DNA of 64,000 nt from Ascoidea asiatica JCM 7603 (GCA_001600695.1 BCKQ01000002.1:2103857-2167856), one strand, 5' to 3'. Positions 11,257 through 24,100 are shown, numbered from the stretch's first letter. The notes: generated by a model from the sequence alone, not told the origin. Made by a program: numbers and translations.

Positions 11257-12858
11257 TTATAAATCACCAATTGAATCTGTAACTTCTCTCCAATAATTGT
11301 GAAATCCATTAAAGAATTTAATACCTAATCCTAAGTCTTTTGAACCTGTCATTGCTCTGATACTATGCATTGCTAATTGAGGAAATCCAATATCAACGGT
11401 TCTAATACCTGTATTTGAAGAAATTGATGGTCCAATTGTACCACCAGATCTTGAATCATTTCTAATCATAAAATATTGAATTTTATCATTATTTTTTTCA
11501 CCAATCTTCTCAACAATTGTTTTTCCAATAATATCAGTTGCAACATGCATATTAGAATCTAATTTAATTGTAATTCCAAAATTTGGTTTTGGTTTATGAT
11601 TTTTTAAATAAACATCATTAAAATTAGGATTTAAGCAATGAGTAACATCACATGAAAGTAATAATGAATTCGCACAACATAATTTATAAATTTCATTAAA
11701 ATTTTCATTAAATTGTAAAGATTCTATAACTCTTGAAATAACTGATTCTGTTAAACCTCCTTTTGCACCTTGTCTTGTTAATGATCCAATTTCTTCATTA
11801 TCATAACATGTAATAATTTGAAATTTATTATCAAATTTATCATTATTCTCTTTAGAATAATTTATTAATGAAATAATTGCTGCATATGAACATAATCTAT
11901 CATCAATTCTTGGAGCAAATAAAAATTCTTTATTTAATCCACCAATTGTACCTTTTTGCCCATCGTATAAATCTAAATCAAGATTTAAAATATCTGAAAT
12001 TTTATAAGTATATTCATTATCATTATCATCATAATTATTACTATCAGTAGTACTCTTATATTCAGCAGAATTAATTAATTCAATCAAATATCTTAATAAA
12101 TTAATTGAATGTTTACCATATAAAGGACTATTTTTTTCATCTTCAGTTATTTCATTTTCATCCTTATTTTCATCCGGTGAAGTAAAACCAATTACAGGTA
12201 CAGCTTTTGTTTCTTTATTAAAAGGTCCAACTGAAGGTTTACCAAAATGTTCAGCTAAAGAAGGAATATGAGCAATTGGAAATTTTGATTTAATTAATTT
12301 TTTAGAAATTTTATTATTTTGTTTATTTTTTAAAATAACCAAACCACCAATATATAAATCTCTATCAAACCATAACCAATTTAAACTACCAGAATATGGT
12401 GAAACACCTAATAATTCAAATCCATCAATTTTTTTTGATTTTATTGAATTTGGTTTTAATTTAACAGATAATGAATCACAATGAGTTCCAATAATTCCAC
12501 AACCAAAACTTGGTTTCCAATTTTTACCAATTATAAAAGCAGAAATTGAAGAACTATTTCTTTTTGTAAAATAAAAACCTGGTTTCAATGAATCCCAAGA
12601 GATTTTTTCAGATAAATAAATAAAATTATTTTCTTTTAATAAATTTGAAAAAAATTCAATAACATGATAAGTTGTTGGATTTTCATAAGTAAAGTTTATA
12701 TAATCATTTGAAATTTTCAAATAATCATCATCAATTGATTGCTTTTTATTAAAATTTCTTTCATTTTTCAATTCTTCTTCAATTTTTTTTTGCTGTTGTT
12801 GTTGTTGTTGTTGTTGCTGTTTTATTATTTCTGCAGCTTTTAAAATAAGTTCTTCCAT
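11257..12858 (-). CDS. APE1: Vacuolar aminopeptidase I (M18 family), Ape1/Lap4
   Basis: Helical propeptide, then ENPTTYHV, GTHCDS, WFDRDL, PRIDDRLCSY, DNEEIGS, SCDVTH, SRSGGTIGP, QLAMHSIR. Confidence 0.92.
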   Translation of the reverse strand: MEELILKAAEIIKQQQQQQQQQQKKIEEELKNERNFNKKQSIDDDYLKISNDYINFTYENPTTYHVIEFFSNLLKENNFIYLSEKISWDSLKPGFYFTKRNSSSISAFIIGKNWKPSFGCGIIGTHCDSLSVKLKPNSIKSKKIDGFELLGVSPYSGSLNWLWFDRDLYIGGLVILKNKQNNKISKKLIKSKFPIAHIPSLAEHFGKPSVGPFNKETKAVPVIGFTSPDENKDENEITEDEKNSPLYGKHSINLLRYLIELINSAEYKSTTDSNNYDDNDNEYTYKISDILNLDLDLYDGQKGTIGGLNKEFLFAPRIDDRLCSYAAIISLINYSKENNDKFDNKFQIITCYDNEEIGSLTRQGAKGGLTESVISRVIESLQFNENFNEIYKLCCANSLLLSCDVTHCLNPNFNDVYLKNHKPKPNFGITIKLDSNMHVATDIIGKTIVEKIGEKNNDKIQYFMIRNDSRSGGTIGPSISSNTGIRTVDIGFPQLAMHSIRAMTGSKDLGLGIKFFNGFHNYWREVTDSIGDL

Positions 12859-15800
12859 ATTTTCATGTTTGAATTTGATTTATTTATTTATTTATCTCTA
12901 AAAACACATAGAATTAATATTGACTGTTTTGTTGTTGATATTGAATTTTCAATGAGCTGACTATCAGTTATCTTTAGTTCATAATGCAACTGTTACTGTA
13001 CAGTACTAACTTTAGCCACTTTTCAGTAAACAAACAAATAAGGAAATAGAACTGATTGGATTAGATATTGCCCGCGCATGTTAGATTACAAGTGAAAAAA
13101 TGGCTGTAATGTTAACAAACAAACTCTACGTTAACTGTTAACGTTATGGTAAAGATAATGCACGCAAAACGCTATTATCGAACTGTTTGTGTTTCGTAAC
13201 GTTACGTGTTTTGCGTACACTAGCCTTGACACCAGCATCATAAAAAAAAAAAATGCGCCACAGTATGTTTTTGAGGTTACATTTAGCACTTTTGGAGTGT
13301 GACTTTTGAGTTCCGTTAATTTAGTAAAGCGTAAGTAATTATTTACATTTATTGCATTGAAACGTTGTTTGAATTTTCAAAAAGTTGCGTTACGTTTACG
13401 TTGCAAAATTGATCTTCATTTCTTCTTGATTTCTCGACTTTACTTTTACAAATTATAGAGTATAGTTAATAAAAGAATATAAAAACTTATAAAAACGTAA
13501 GTTTTTAAAAAATTCAAAAAATATTGTTTCCATACACAACACTGCAAAGCCAATTAATGTTGATGTGTAAAATTATTATTCAATATAATGAAAAGCATTT
13601 TAACCTTGGTTAAATTCGAGTTAGCTTATAAGGTAATCTTATGATAGGCAGTATAATTTAGGATTATAACATTATGCCATTATGGCTGCGATAATGGTAA
13701 TGACTATCTGATTACTAAGAAATAGTTGTGTAATAATAAAATTGAATTATCTCACCACTTGGTTATAATATGCTAAAGTTTAAACAGACTCTGATAGGTT
13801 GAAATTGTTTATTCTCCTAGTGTCTATACCTTTTTTTTTTTTTCAAAATTAGTAATATTGCTAACATTATTACTTTTATTATTACTATTACTATTGCTGG
13901 TAATAAATTATATCCTCATTAAGTTCTATTCAATACTTTCGTTCACAGAATATTCTTAGAATTTACAAGGGTTGAGTGTTAACCATAAAATAGTTCCAGT
14001 ACTACCGGTAGAAATAGTGATATTGAATGGGTACAGGGCTGAAGCTAAATCAAAATGGGCTTCCAAAGTTCTCTAGTTCGGTTCAGAAAGTAGCTTGCTC
14101 CATTTTTGCAAATAATCACTTCGTGGTATGTCCATTTTAGGTCTACTTCTTCTCCAAATTAAATCACTTTTTCATGAAATGTGTCTTTCAAAAGATAAGA
14201 AAATTGAAGCTACCACTGTAATGTAGCAATGAAGAGCAAAGAAGCAAATAAAATTAGTTATTATGATCCAATCGCTAGGCACAAATAATTATTATTAATT
14301 AGTAATAAAGCTTTCATTAATTATTAATTAAATATCAACTAACAATTATTAATTAGTATTTGCACATTTATTAACTCTTAATTGGCAATTGCTTACCTGT
14401 AATTATTATTTATAAATCATTATTTTAGCTAATTATAGTCACAAATAATTATAAATAACTTTAATTAGCCAAATGAAAATATATTTTCAGTTAATTATCA
14501 TAATTTCAATGCGATAATTACTATTACTAGTACTAAAATCACAATATAAATTGTAATTAACCTTAATCTCTGGTAAATAATAATTGTGCAGTGAATTAAT
14601 TAATTCGGATTGCGAGCTAAGTTGCGTTTGCGCTCAAATATAACTTTCATTTTCACGTTCACCACAATAGGAATTATTGACGTCGAGGAGGGGTCTGAGA
14701 AATTGTAGCGTCAGCTATACATCACTCTACAAATACACCACTCCAGAAAACCACAATCCAGAAAACCACAAATAATTTACCATCCGGTACCTGTTTAACC
14801 TTCACATTGGGAAAATCCTAAAAAAAAGGTCAGAAGAAGAATTAGCTGAATTTGATATAAAGTATGCTGTATTTTCAGCTCAAAACAACTTTTTGAAGAT
14901 TTTTAATACACAAAAGAAGAAAAATCGTTTTAAAAAGTAGAATCTAAGAAAAACATCAGCTGAGTTTTTCATTTTTTCATAAAAAAATCAACTTTAACCA
15001 CAAAAAGAATCAAATTTGCGAAAGATTTGCTTTTCAAGAAACCTTAGAGCTTAAGAACAATGATTTACTATTTCCAAACCCAAAAGTATCATTTTGACAA
15101 CACAAGAAGAATTTTGCTTTTTTTCTTGTATGTTGAAAGATATTCAAAGTTACTTCCAGTAAATCTAATGTGTAAATCTTTCAAAAGCCGGAAATTGACT
15201 TTGAGAGAAATAATGAAAGAAAAAAAGGATTGAAAAAAGCCGAAGAAAATGATTAAACAGAAAGAAAAAGATCATAGAATTGAAAACATATAAAAGCATT
15301 TTTGGCTTGCTCTTCTTTTTTTGTTTTCCGATATTCCCAAAAGCATTATCACCAAGTAATGAAGTAACATTGAATAAATACTTCAATTGCTATTTCAATT
15401 ACCACTACAAGTACTATTTTTTTGCAATCGAGCTAAAACAAGCAAAGCCCTTTAAACAAGAAAAAAAATTCCCCAGTTCTAATAACTTTACTTCCTTAAA
15501 TCAAGCTACTAATACGAGAATCCTTTGGTTTCTGAGTCATTTCCTTAATACACTCTGAATCCCTTTTCAACCTCACTAGATAAAGATTTGAACACTTTAG
15601 TGCCCTTAATCATGAATAATAATTGTGTTCATATAAATTTGGTCTGCTACTGCCACTGTTTGTATGGACCCTTTTGGATGAAATCTTGGCTTATGATTAC
15701 AGTACTGTATATACGGGCTATATCACACACTTTTTTGTAATCAGTGGCTTCACTTCACCAAGATGTAAATCCAATATCCTCTTTTCTCCTTTTTTTTATT

Positions 15801-16652
15801 TCTTTATTCCTCTCTTTCTCATATTCCAATTCGTTCGCTGTTTCAACGGTGTTATTTTTTTTCACTGGAGTTTTCTTTCGTAAGAGCAAGTGATAAAAAA
15901 AAAAAAAGAAAATGGAAACCTAAAATTTAAAATATTTTAGCTTTCCTATAAAACTTTCCTAACTATTTTTTACTCTCAAAGGTTTTAAATTATTCTCTTA
16001 CCAATAAATATATTCTCAATTTATTTTATGAATCCTTTCAATAAAAAAAAAATCAAAGATAACTTAAACGTTATTCCTAACTTTGAAAAATAAATTATTC
16101 AGCCAGCATAAATAATTATATAAATTAATACAATTGATAATAAAGTAAAAAATAATCAAAAGAAACCTAATTTATTAAAATAATATATAACATTTTCAAG
16201 ATAAAATAAAAATTTGAAGAAATTGAACGAAGTAAACTATTTAATATGGAAAAATTTAAAAAAATGAAATAAAATTAGAACTTAAACACTAACCAAAGAA
16301 ATTTTTACTAACTAACTAAAAAAAATAATAAGTGAAAATCATTTTCAAAAAATAATAAAAAAATGAAAAAAATGAAAAAAATGAAGCAACAATAAACCAA
16401 AAATAAAGTAACAAATCTTTGAAAAAAAAAAAAGATGAAAAAGTTATTAAAAAAATTAAGGAAATCTAGCAAAACATCATAAAAATATTAAAAAAAAAGA
16501 TCCAGCTTTTTTTTTTTTAGAGTTCAGCGAAATTCAATTTATAGCAGAAAAAAAATTAGCAGTTATTGTTTTTGTTATTTTAATAAATGCATTTAGAGTT
16601 TTTGTTTTTTATTTAATGTTATGTTTTCTATTCAATTATTCTATTGAATAAT

Positions 16653-19025
16653 TTACAATATTGTTTTTCTATTTTTTTTAACTCTTCTTGATTGAAATGC
16701 TTGACTATCTCTAGTGTTTCTCCAACTATCAACTGCTCTTTGCAATAGCCCCTTTTTACCACGTAATTCTTTATTATAATAAGAAATTTTCCATGCTAAA
16801 ATATTACAAAATCTTTCATATGGTCCTCTATTACCACTATATTTATCTTTTGGTAACATTGCACTTGGATATGAAGCATTTAAATTCAAAAATTCTTGAG
16901 ATAAATTTTTTAAAATTTCATCCTTACTTGTTACATTTTCAAAACATAATTCATCAAAATCATCAATTAAATTTTTATCCCTTGAATCTTCTTCTTTGAT
17001 TTTAACTTCACCTTCATCTTCATTTTCATTGTCTATACTTTCTTTTTTATTTTTATTTGAACTTTTTTTAGCATATTTTTTTTCCATAATTTTAACATAT
17101 TTATCCATGAAATTAGCTGGACATCTAATGAAAAAAGTCTTTTTTTCTTTACATGAACTATAATCAAAATAAATTATTTCTTCTCCAGTTTTTCTATCAA
17201 ATTCAACTTTTGGTTCTGTTGCTCTAATTGGTCCTGGTAAACAAGATTGAACCTTTTTATCTAATATATTTTGATCAAAATTAATATTCAAGTCATTTAA
17301 ACCTGAAGAAAATTTAAGGGCTTTAGTAAATCTATTTACTTTATCAAGTGAAATTATTTTTTTATTATTTGAATTTATTGAAAATTTATTAATTTTATAA
17401 TTTGAAGATTTATTTAATCTATTGTTAACAATTTTAAGATTATTATTTACAGTACTATTTGAAATATTATTTGAAATATTATTTGAAACATAATTAGAAA
17501 TATGAACTTGAAATGCAGGTTGAATTGTAGAAAAAAGCTTTGAATTAATTAAATTATTATTTGAATTATTAGAAAAATTAGCTGAGTTTCTAAAAGTTGA
17601 AGATTTTAATGAATCATTTATATTTATGTTATTAGGATATAAATTTAAATTATTATAATTTTGTACTGGAAGTTCAATTGAATTATCTAAAGAAATTGGA
17701 GAAGAAAGATTAGTATTATTTTCAGTTGAATTTATATTATTATTATTTATATCATTAATATTTTGATTAAGATTATAATAATTATTTGAATATAAATCAG
17801 ATGAAGAATTGTTATTGAAATTACTATTATTATTGTTATTATAATAATAATTATTAATTTGAGATTGAGATAATGAATTTTGAAATTTTGATTGAAATTG
17901 ATTATTTAATTGAATATTATTTAATTGATTCGCGTTTAATTGATTATTTTGATATTTATAATTAGATTGTAATTGGTCTAAATTTGGAAAAAATTGATCA
18001 GAAGGAGTATTACAAGAAGTTGAAAAATCTAATGGAGTTGAAGAAGTTGAAATTAATAAATCTTTATCATTGGAATTTAATGAGTTAAAACTTAATGAGC
18101 TTAATGAACTTAAAGAATTTGAAAGATCTAAAGGTTTTGTTCCCAAAATATCAGCGGAAGATAAAGAAGAATAAGAGGAAGATGATGATGATGATGATGA
18201 AGACGATGATGAAGAGGATGAAGTAGATGGAGAAGGAGAAATAGAAGTTAAATTAGCAAATTGAAGTAATGGAAAAATAGTTTGATTTGAATTATCTGAT
18301 AAATTTGATTGAAAATTTATATTTGTAGGATTTAAAAGGGTATTTGTTGGTTGAAAGGAATAATTCAATTCAATATTTTGATTATTGATATCATTATTAG
18401 AAGAAGAATTAATATTTGAAGAAGTAATTGGTACTAGAGATGTAGATGGAATTGCGGTCGCGGTTGTGGTTATTGGTGGGGTTGTTGTAGTAGTAAGAGC
18501 TGAATTTGAATTTGAATTTGAATTTGAATTGGAATTGGAATTGGAATTGGTATTTGAGTTTGAATTGGAATTGGAATCTAAATTAGCTTCTGAGTTAGAG
18601 TCTGATTTTGGATTTGTATTAAATAAAAATGATTGATGTTGATTTTGATTATTGAAAGTCAAAGAATTGAAATTCAAAGGCTGATTAATATTATTATTAT
18701 TAGTAGTATTATTATCAAGTGAATTAATTTCAATAGAATTATTATTTGGAAGAAAAGAAGAATATTGAGATGCAATCAATTTATTATTATTAATATTATT
18801 ATTAATATTATTATTAATATTATTATTAATATTATTATTAATATTATTATTAATATTGTTATTGTTGAGATTTAAATTATTATTAGAATAGGTTTGATAT
18901 TTGTTGATTGAGGATATATCCATATTCATATTCATATCCATATTCGTATTCGTGTTCATGTTCATATTCATGTTCATGTTCATAGCCATGTTTAAATTAT
19001 TATTCATAGTATTAATATAGGCCAT
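16653..19025 (-). CDS. Uncharacterised protein: ~600 aa N/S/Q low-complexity region plus a conserved fungal C-terminal domain
   Basis: 790-aa ORF with host codon usage. The C-terminus (GPIRATEP...FDYS...FIRC...YPSA...YSGNR..YE..CN.LAW...N.ELRGKKGLLQRAVDSWRN...SRRV) matches a conserved fungal domain of unknown function I recognise from filamentous ascomycetes. Confidence 0.8.
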   Translation of the reverse strand: MAYINTMNNNLNMAMNMNMNMNMNTNTNMDMNMNMDISSINKYQTYSNNNLNLNNNNINNNINNNINNNINNNINNNINNNKLIASQYSSFLPNNNSIEINSLDNNTTNNNNINQPLNFNSLTFNNQNQHQSFLFNTNPKSDSNSEANLDSNSNSNSNTNSNSNSNSNSNSNSNSALTTTTTPPITTTATAIPSTSLVPITSSNINSSSNNDINNQNIELNYSFQPTNTLLNPTNINFQSNLSDNSNQTIFPLLQFANLTSISPSPSTSSSSSSSSSSSSSSSSYSSLSSADILGTKPLDLSNSLSSLSSLSFNSLNSNDKDLLISTSSTPLDFSTSCNTPSDQFFPNLDQLQSNYKYQNNQLNANQLNNIQLNNQFQSKFQNSLSQSQINNYYYNNNNNSNFNNNSSSDLYSNNYYNLNQNINDINNNNINSTENNTNLSSPISLDNSIELPVQNYNNLNLYPNNININDSLKSSTFRNSANFSNNSNNNLINSKLFSTIQPAFQVHISNYVSNNISNNISNSTVNNNLKIVNNRLNKSSNYKINKFSINSNNKKIISLDKVNRFTKALKFSSGLNDLNINFDQNILDKKVQSCLPGPIRATEPKVEFDRKTGEEIIYFDYSSCKEKKTFFIRCPANFMDKYVKIMEKKYAKKSSNKNKKESIDNENEDEGEVKIKEEDSRDKNLIDDFDELCFENVTSKDEILKNLSQEFLNLNASYPSAMLPKDKYSGNRGPYERFCNILAWKISYYNKELRGKKGLLQRAVDSWRNTRDSQAFQSRRVKKNRKTIL

Positions 19026-20732
19026 TTTTAAGAATTTTATTCATGAAATCTAAAATGACAAGCGATGGAAAATAAAATGCAATTGCTAATTGAATATTAA
19101 TTGAATAATATTAGTAAAAGTAAATCAAAAGAATTAAGTATTTAATTTTTAATTATTTTGTTCAAAAGGCAAACAATAATAGAATTTTGTTTTTTCTTTT
19201 TTAAAAAAAATAAAAGAAATATTAATTTTATAATTGGATAATAGTTTTATAGAAAAGAAGGAAAAGCAATTGCATTATATATAAAAATTGAAAAGTTTAG
19301 ATATAAAAGTAAAATCTGAGTATATTAAATTAACCATTAATTTCTATCAATTTCATAGATTCAATTTAATTGACGTTGTTTTATTAATAATGTGTAATAG
19401 AGTGGAAGAATTAATTTCGATACTTACGTTAATTGTTGAAGAGTTTTCTTTCTAATTTAAAAAGAAGCAACGCAGTTTGAATGTGTTTGTAATATCAAGT
19501 ATTTAATAACCTAAAAGTTTTGGAGACGCAAGTTTAATTAATTAGCCAGCATCAATTGAAATAGAGCAACTGAAACATGTTAGGGAAGGCCTATTTCTGC
19601 ATGAGCACGACTGTCGATTGAAATCATTTCAGGTCTTTCCAGGTATTCCAGAAACTATCTCGCAGAGAAATACCGTATACCGTGAGCTAATCATAATTAG
19701 TAAAGCAGACATCTATTGTGAAGCGGCAGAGTACTTGAGAGTACCTTGACTAAAACCCACTGGAAGACGTGTACTGCTATGAGACATATAAGAGCATACA
19801 ATTTCAAATCTAAAGTTGACCGTGACGAGTTTCTGTACTAGTGTACTGTGAAATTCAATGAACTAAGTTTAAATGGTATTTTCTCGAATGTATACAGCTA
19901 AAGCAGCATAATCCAGTTTTAACTGACATATAATTACGAACTTTAACATACTATAGCATATGTAACATATATTTCAAATATATTATTATAATATTCATGG
20001 AAAATGAATGTATTTAAGCTTTCTTTAATTGTTCGGTCAGATTTGAATTAATTCAAATTCAAAAAAGAATTTTATAATGAACTTTAACAAGTTCAGTGCA
20101 GAATCATATTATAGATTTAAATATAAGAATATTAAATGAGATATTATGTTAGACAAACTTTATAGGTTTCATTGTGCAAAATTGTAACTTTCAGTTTTAA
20201 TTAATATCAGAAAAAAAAAAAAAAATAGTTACCTTTCTTCTGTTTTTTTATTTTTCTATTTTGAATATTTCTACAGTATTGAATGTGCTGAGAGAGTATA
20301 CTAATTGAATATAACTTTACTCAGGATTCAAAGGTTTGCAAACTAAAAGGTTCCAAAATCTTGAAAAAAAATGAAACCTTGATTTTGTTCATAAATTTGA
20401 AGATCTGATGGATTTGTATATTTTAGCAAAATTTTCCTTTTCTTTTTTTCTTGGTGATTTTGGTAAAGCACTTATTTCAAAGATTAAGAAAAAGAAGCAG
20501 TATAAAAAACAGAATTGATTTTTACAACTCTTACTTTTTTTTTTTATTTGGAATAGATGTTTTCAAAAAGAGGAAATTATAAATAAAGATTGTAGTGTAT
20601 ATGATTTTAAGGACACCATTGAAGCAAGAAAGACACTAATTAAAAGAGTAAATATACCTAAAGTATTTTATAGAACACCATAAAAATGAATTAATTTAAA
20701 CACAGGACTATTCAGTAATGTTATTTAAAAAT

Positions 20733-20792
20733 TAATTGATATTTAATTGATATTTAATTGATAATTAATTGATAATTAATTGATTTTTAATT
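20733..20792. repeat. 11-bp tandem repeat TAATTGATA(T/A)T, about 5 copies
   Basis: Read directly from the sequence. Confidence 0.8.
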
Positions 20793-21140
20793 ACACCTTA
20801 ATTTATTACCGGAGTGTTTAATTAATAGGGGAGTATACACGAAACATAAAATATCCTTAATTTTAATTAATTCTATTTATTAAATAATTTACTGTATAAA
20901 TTAACTAGACCTTTGACTAACAAAAATTTATTTACTGTAGGAATTTAAATAATTATTTTAGTAAAGGTTTCAACTAAAACTGACAGTCGTGAATTGAAAT
21001 AGTGACATTTTATGGAATTGTTATATGAATTGATAGACAACTTGTTGAGCTTAAATTGATTTACTATCTTTTAAGTATTTGATTGCAATCAATTTTGTAT
21101 TTTGTCTGCTCTACTTAACTTTGTTCTTTGTGCTTAGCAC

Positions 21141-21185
21141 TTTTCAATTTTCAATTTTCAATTTTCAATTTTCAATTTTCAATTT
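21141..21185. repeat. (TTTTCAA)x6 minisatellite
   Basis: Read directly from the sequence. Confidence 0.9.
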
Positions 21186-24100
21186 CTTTTTTCATTTTTT
21201 ACTTTGTATCTTTGTATCATTTTGTGTTCAGATATTTAGAGTGTTTTAATTATACCCCGAATTTTAAAGATGATATGTTTTACAATAACGAAAAAATCAG
21301 TATTGAATACACTGAACAGTACTAATAATTATATTAGTACTATTAATACTAACAATACTAACAATACCAAAACACAGGTTTGGATTTGCTAAACCAGTAC
21401 AGTATCAAATATCAAATATAATTGTGGTTACAGGTGAATAATTCTTCATTACTACAAAACTATTCTTCAGATTTTTATTGAATACTGTTCAGTAACTTCA
21501 TCGAAAGGTGGTGTAGAGGCTAGTATATTATCTTTCAATATGATAATATCTTATCAGAATTCTATCTTATCTTTTTTACTGATACACAAAGTTAAAGATA
21601 AAATAAAATCTGAAATTTTTGATTTTCATTTGTGATGCTAATATTATTAATAGTAGTAGTCCGGTATATGATCGGTAAGTCTACCCTGCTTTTACTGCAC
21701 AATAATTAATTATACAAGATGAGAGAATATTTATTGGATAATGTTTCATTAGCCATGATTCTTACACACAGAATTTCATATTTTTCAGCAATTGTGGGAA
21801 TGCAAACCAGTCTGCCTCTTTGCTATTATAATATTCTGATACGGTAATATTGCGATACTGCGCTATACAACAACAATACTGTGCTCTATTCCACAATAGA
21901 AATTATAAAATTGAAAAATTGTGGTGTGGCGTGTAAATTGCACAGAACTTACAATATTTTTCAACCACAAAAGAGAATCAAAATGCTCACCAATAGTAGT
22001 ACTAATGTACCACTGTACTATTGTACTACTGACCTGCTACAGAGAAATCACTAACATTACTACTGTAGTGTAGTATTAGTAATAATATTCACTCTTCAAA
22101 GTGAAGCCAAGATTGTTGGATATTTCACCTGTTCTCTCGTTGCCAAAAGTGGTCTTGAAATAGCAATATAAAGTAATATAATAATTAGTATTAAATCTGC
22201 AAATACACAGTAGCTTTAGTGCAGCATTAAGCCCGGTTCTCCAACACACAAAAACATAGCCATAACTTAAGGTTAACTAATAATAAACGCACTTGCCGAG
22301 TTCAGCAGTAAATTGTCCGTATGCACAAAAATGCTATGTGTAATAAAAGCGACAGTCAGGCACGGGGTGATGCCTGTAGACCAGCAGAGTCGATCGCTAA
22401 AAGCTTTGCACCGTTTAAAGTTCGCCCAAGTATTTCTTCAGTATTAGCCGATTGATGAACAAAGTAACTATCCGCCATAGTTAACGAACGCTCTTTTTTC
22501 ATTTTTCCATATTTTCATATTTTCATATTTTTATCTTACAATTATCACAAATCATTATTAAAAGGCAACTCTTTAGAACAAATTATATATAAATAAAACC
22601 CTTATTTCCCTCATGAAAGTTGAAGAACCTTCTGTGGGAAACAGTAGTATAATAAATAATCTAATCAATAGCTTTTTTGTTAAATTTTTTGTTATGTTTT
22701 TGTAGAAATTACAGATTTTAAAACCATATATTATCTATCATATTTAGCTAACAGTATAGTAGTTTACTTTCCAATCTGCAAAAAATTAGTCATTCATATA
22801 ATATGTTCACAAATGATCATTTTAATCACAATCAAAGTCCCACTTAAGTGAATTGATTCCTCAAAGTTATCAAAAAAACTATTAATCTCGTATGTACCAT
22901 TGTCATAAAATTTTTTTTAAAAATTTCTTAACTTTCACTAATGGTTACAAATAATTAGGATTATGAGAAACAAAATATTAAAATTCTTCATTTTTTTGTA
23001 TAAATTTATACATTTATCAAAAATTATATTTCAATAACCATTGTTAATATTGTTTTCTTCAACTCTTAAAAGTGTATTATTTTCAAAAACTATTTGAATT
23101 AAAATAATTGTAATATATATACAAAACACCAAAATTAAAATTTTCAAGCCATATAATAGCTTGAAGTTAGCTGTTTACGAGCCAATTAAACTTAGTGATT
23201 TCATTTTGTATCAAATAATATATCATTTGGTTTTTTTAGGTTTTTTTATTTGTACTTTTTTTTTTTATTTGATTTTGATTTTAAAATTCTCAAAACAGAA
23301 CAAAAAAAACAAAAAAAAAACATATTAACAATGATCATGTTAATCATAATAATGTAAAAAGATAAAATAAGCAGCACTTAGTAAAGATTTTAAAAATTTA
23401 AATATCATAAAGCTTTCAAAATCAAAATGTTATACAAAACCATAATGTTATTGAAAACTTAAATTTACTTTCTTTTCCTGTTAAACATTTAAAAACTTTC
23501 ATATGCCATTATAAATTATTTGAAAAATAGATAATAAATACTTTAAAAAATAAATCATGGCATTGTTGAATTTTTAATTTGTTGAATTGTTGAATTATTT
23601 TGAATTTCATCTTAGATAATCTCTTTCATTTCAATATTGCATATTTTCAATTTTCTTCAAATTATTTTGAAATATGATAAACTGATTATAAATTTTCCCA
23701 AAGTAAATGAAGTAAGTAGAAAGCTTATACTCTGATATTTTACTGTAGCAGCATCTTTTTTGAAATTTGTTTGTTTACATTGTTGCATAATAATTAAAAC
23801 AATAGAATGTATTTCTTTAGGTTATAAATATAAATTCGTAAAGACTAAATTATACAGAATTTTATTTCAACAACTGCCTGGAAATTGTTAAAAAACATTT
23901 AAAGAAAAAAAGAGATTTTACAGTATTGCAATATAAGAACGTTTTGCTTTGAATTATAACAATAACCTCCAACTATTTTTGAATTTTTTTGAAAAAAATA
24001 CAAGAACAAAGAACCAAAAAAATATCAGTAATAATATTTAACATATTTTCTATTAAAGATTTTTCAATTCATTTGAAAAAACAAAATTCCAAAGAAAATT

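Noticed and set aside
13930-14180. Balanced-GC stretch with partly open frames
   Set aside because: No frame gives a recognisable protein, and stops occur in the frames examined.
22613-22705. 30-codon ORF after a TATA-like element
   Set aside because: Short, ATG very close to the TATA element, and no CAAX or other peptide signature.
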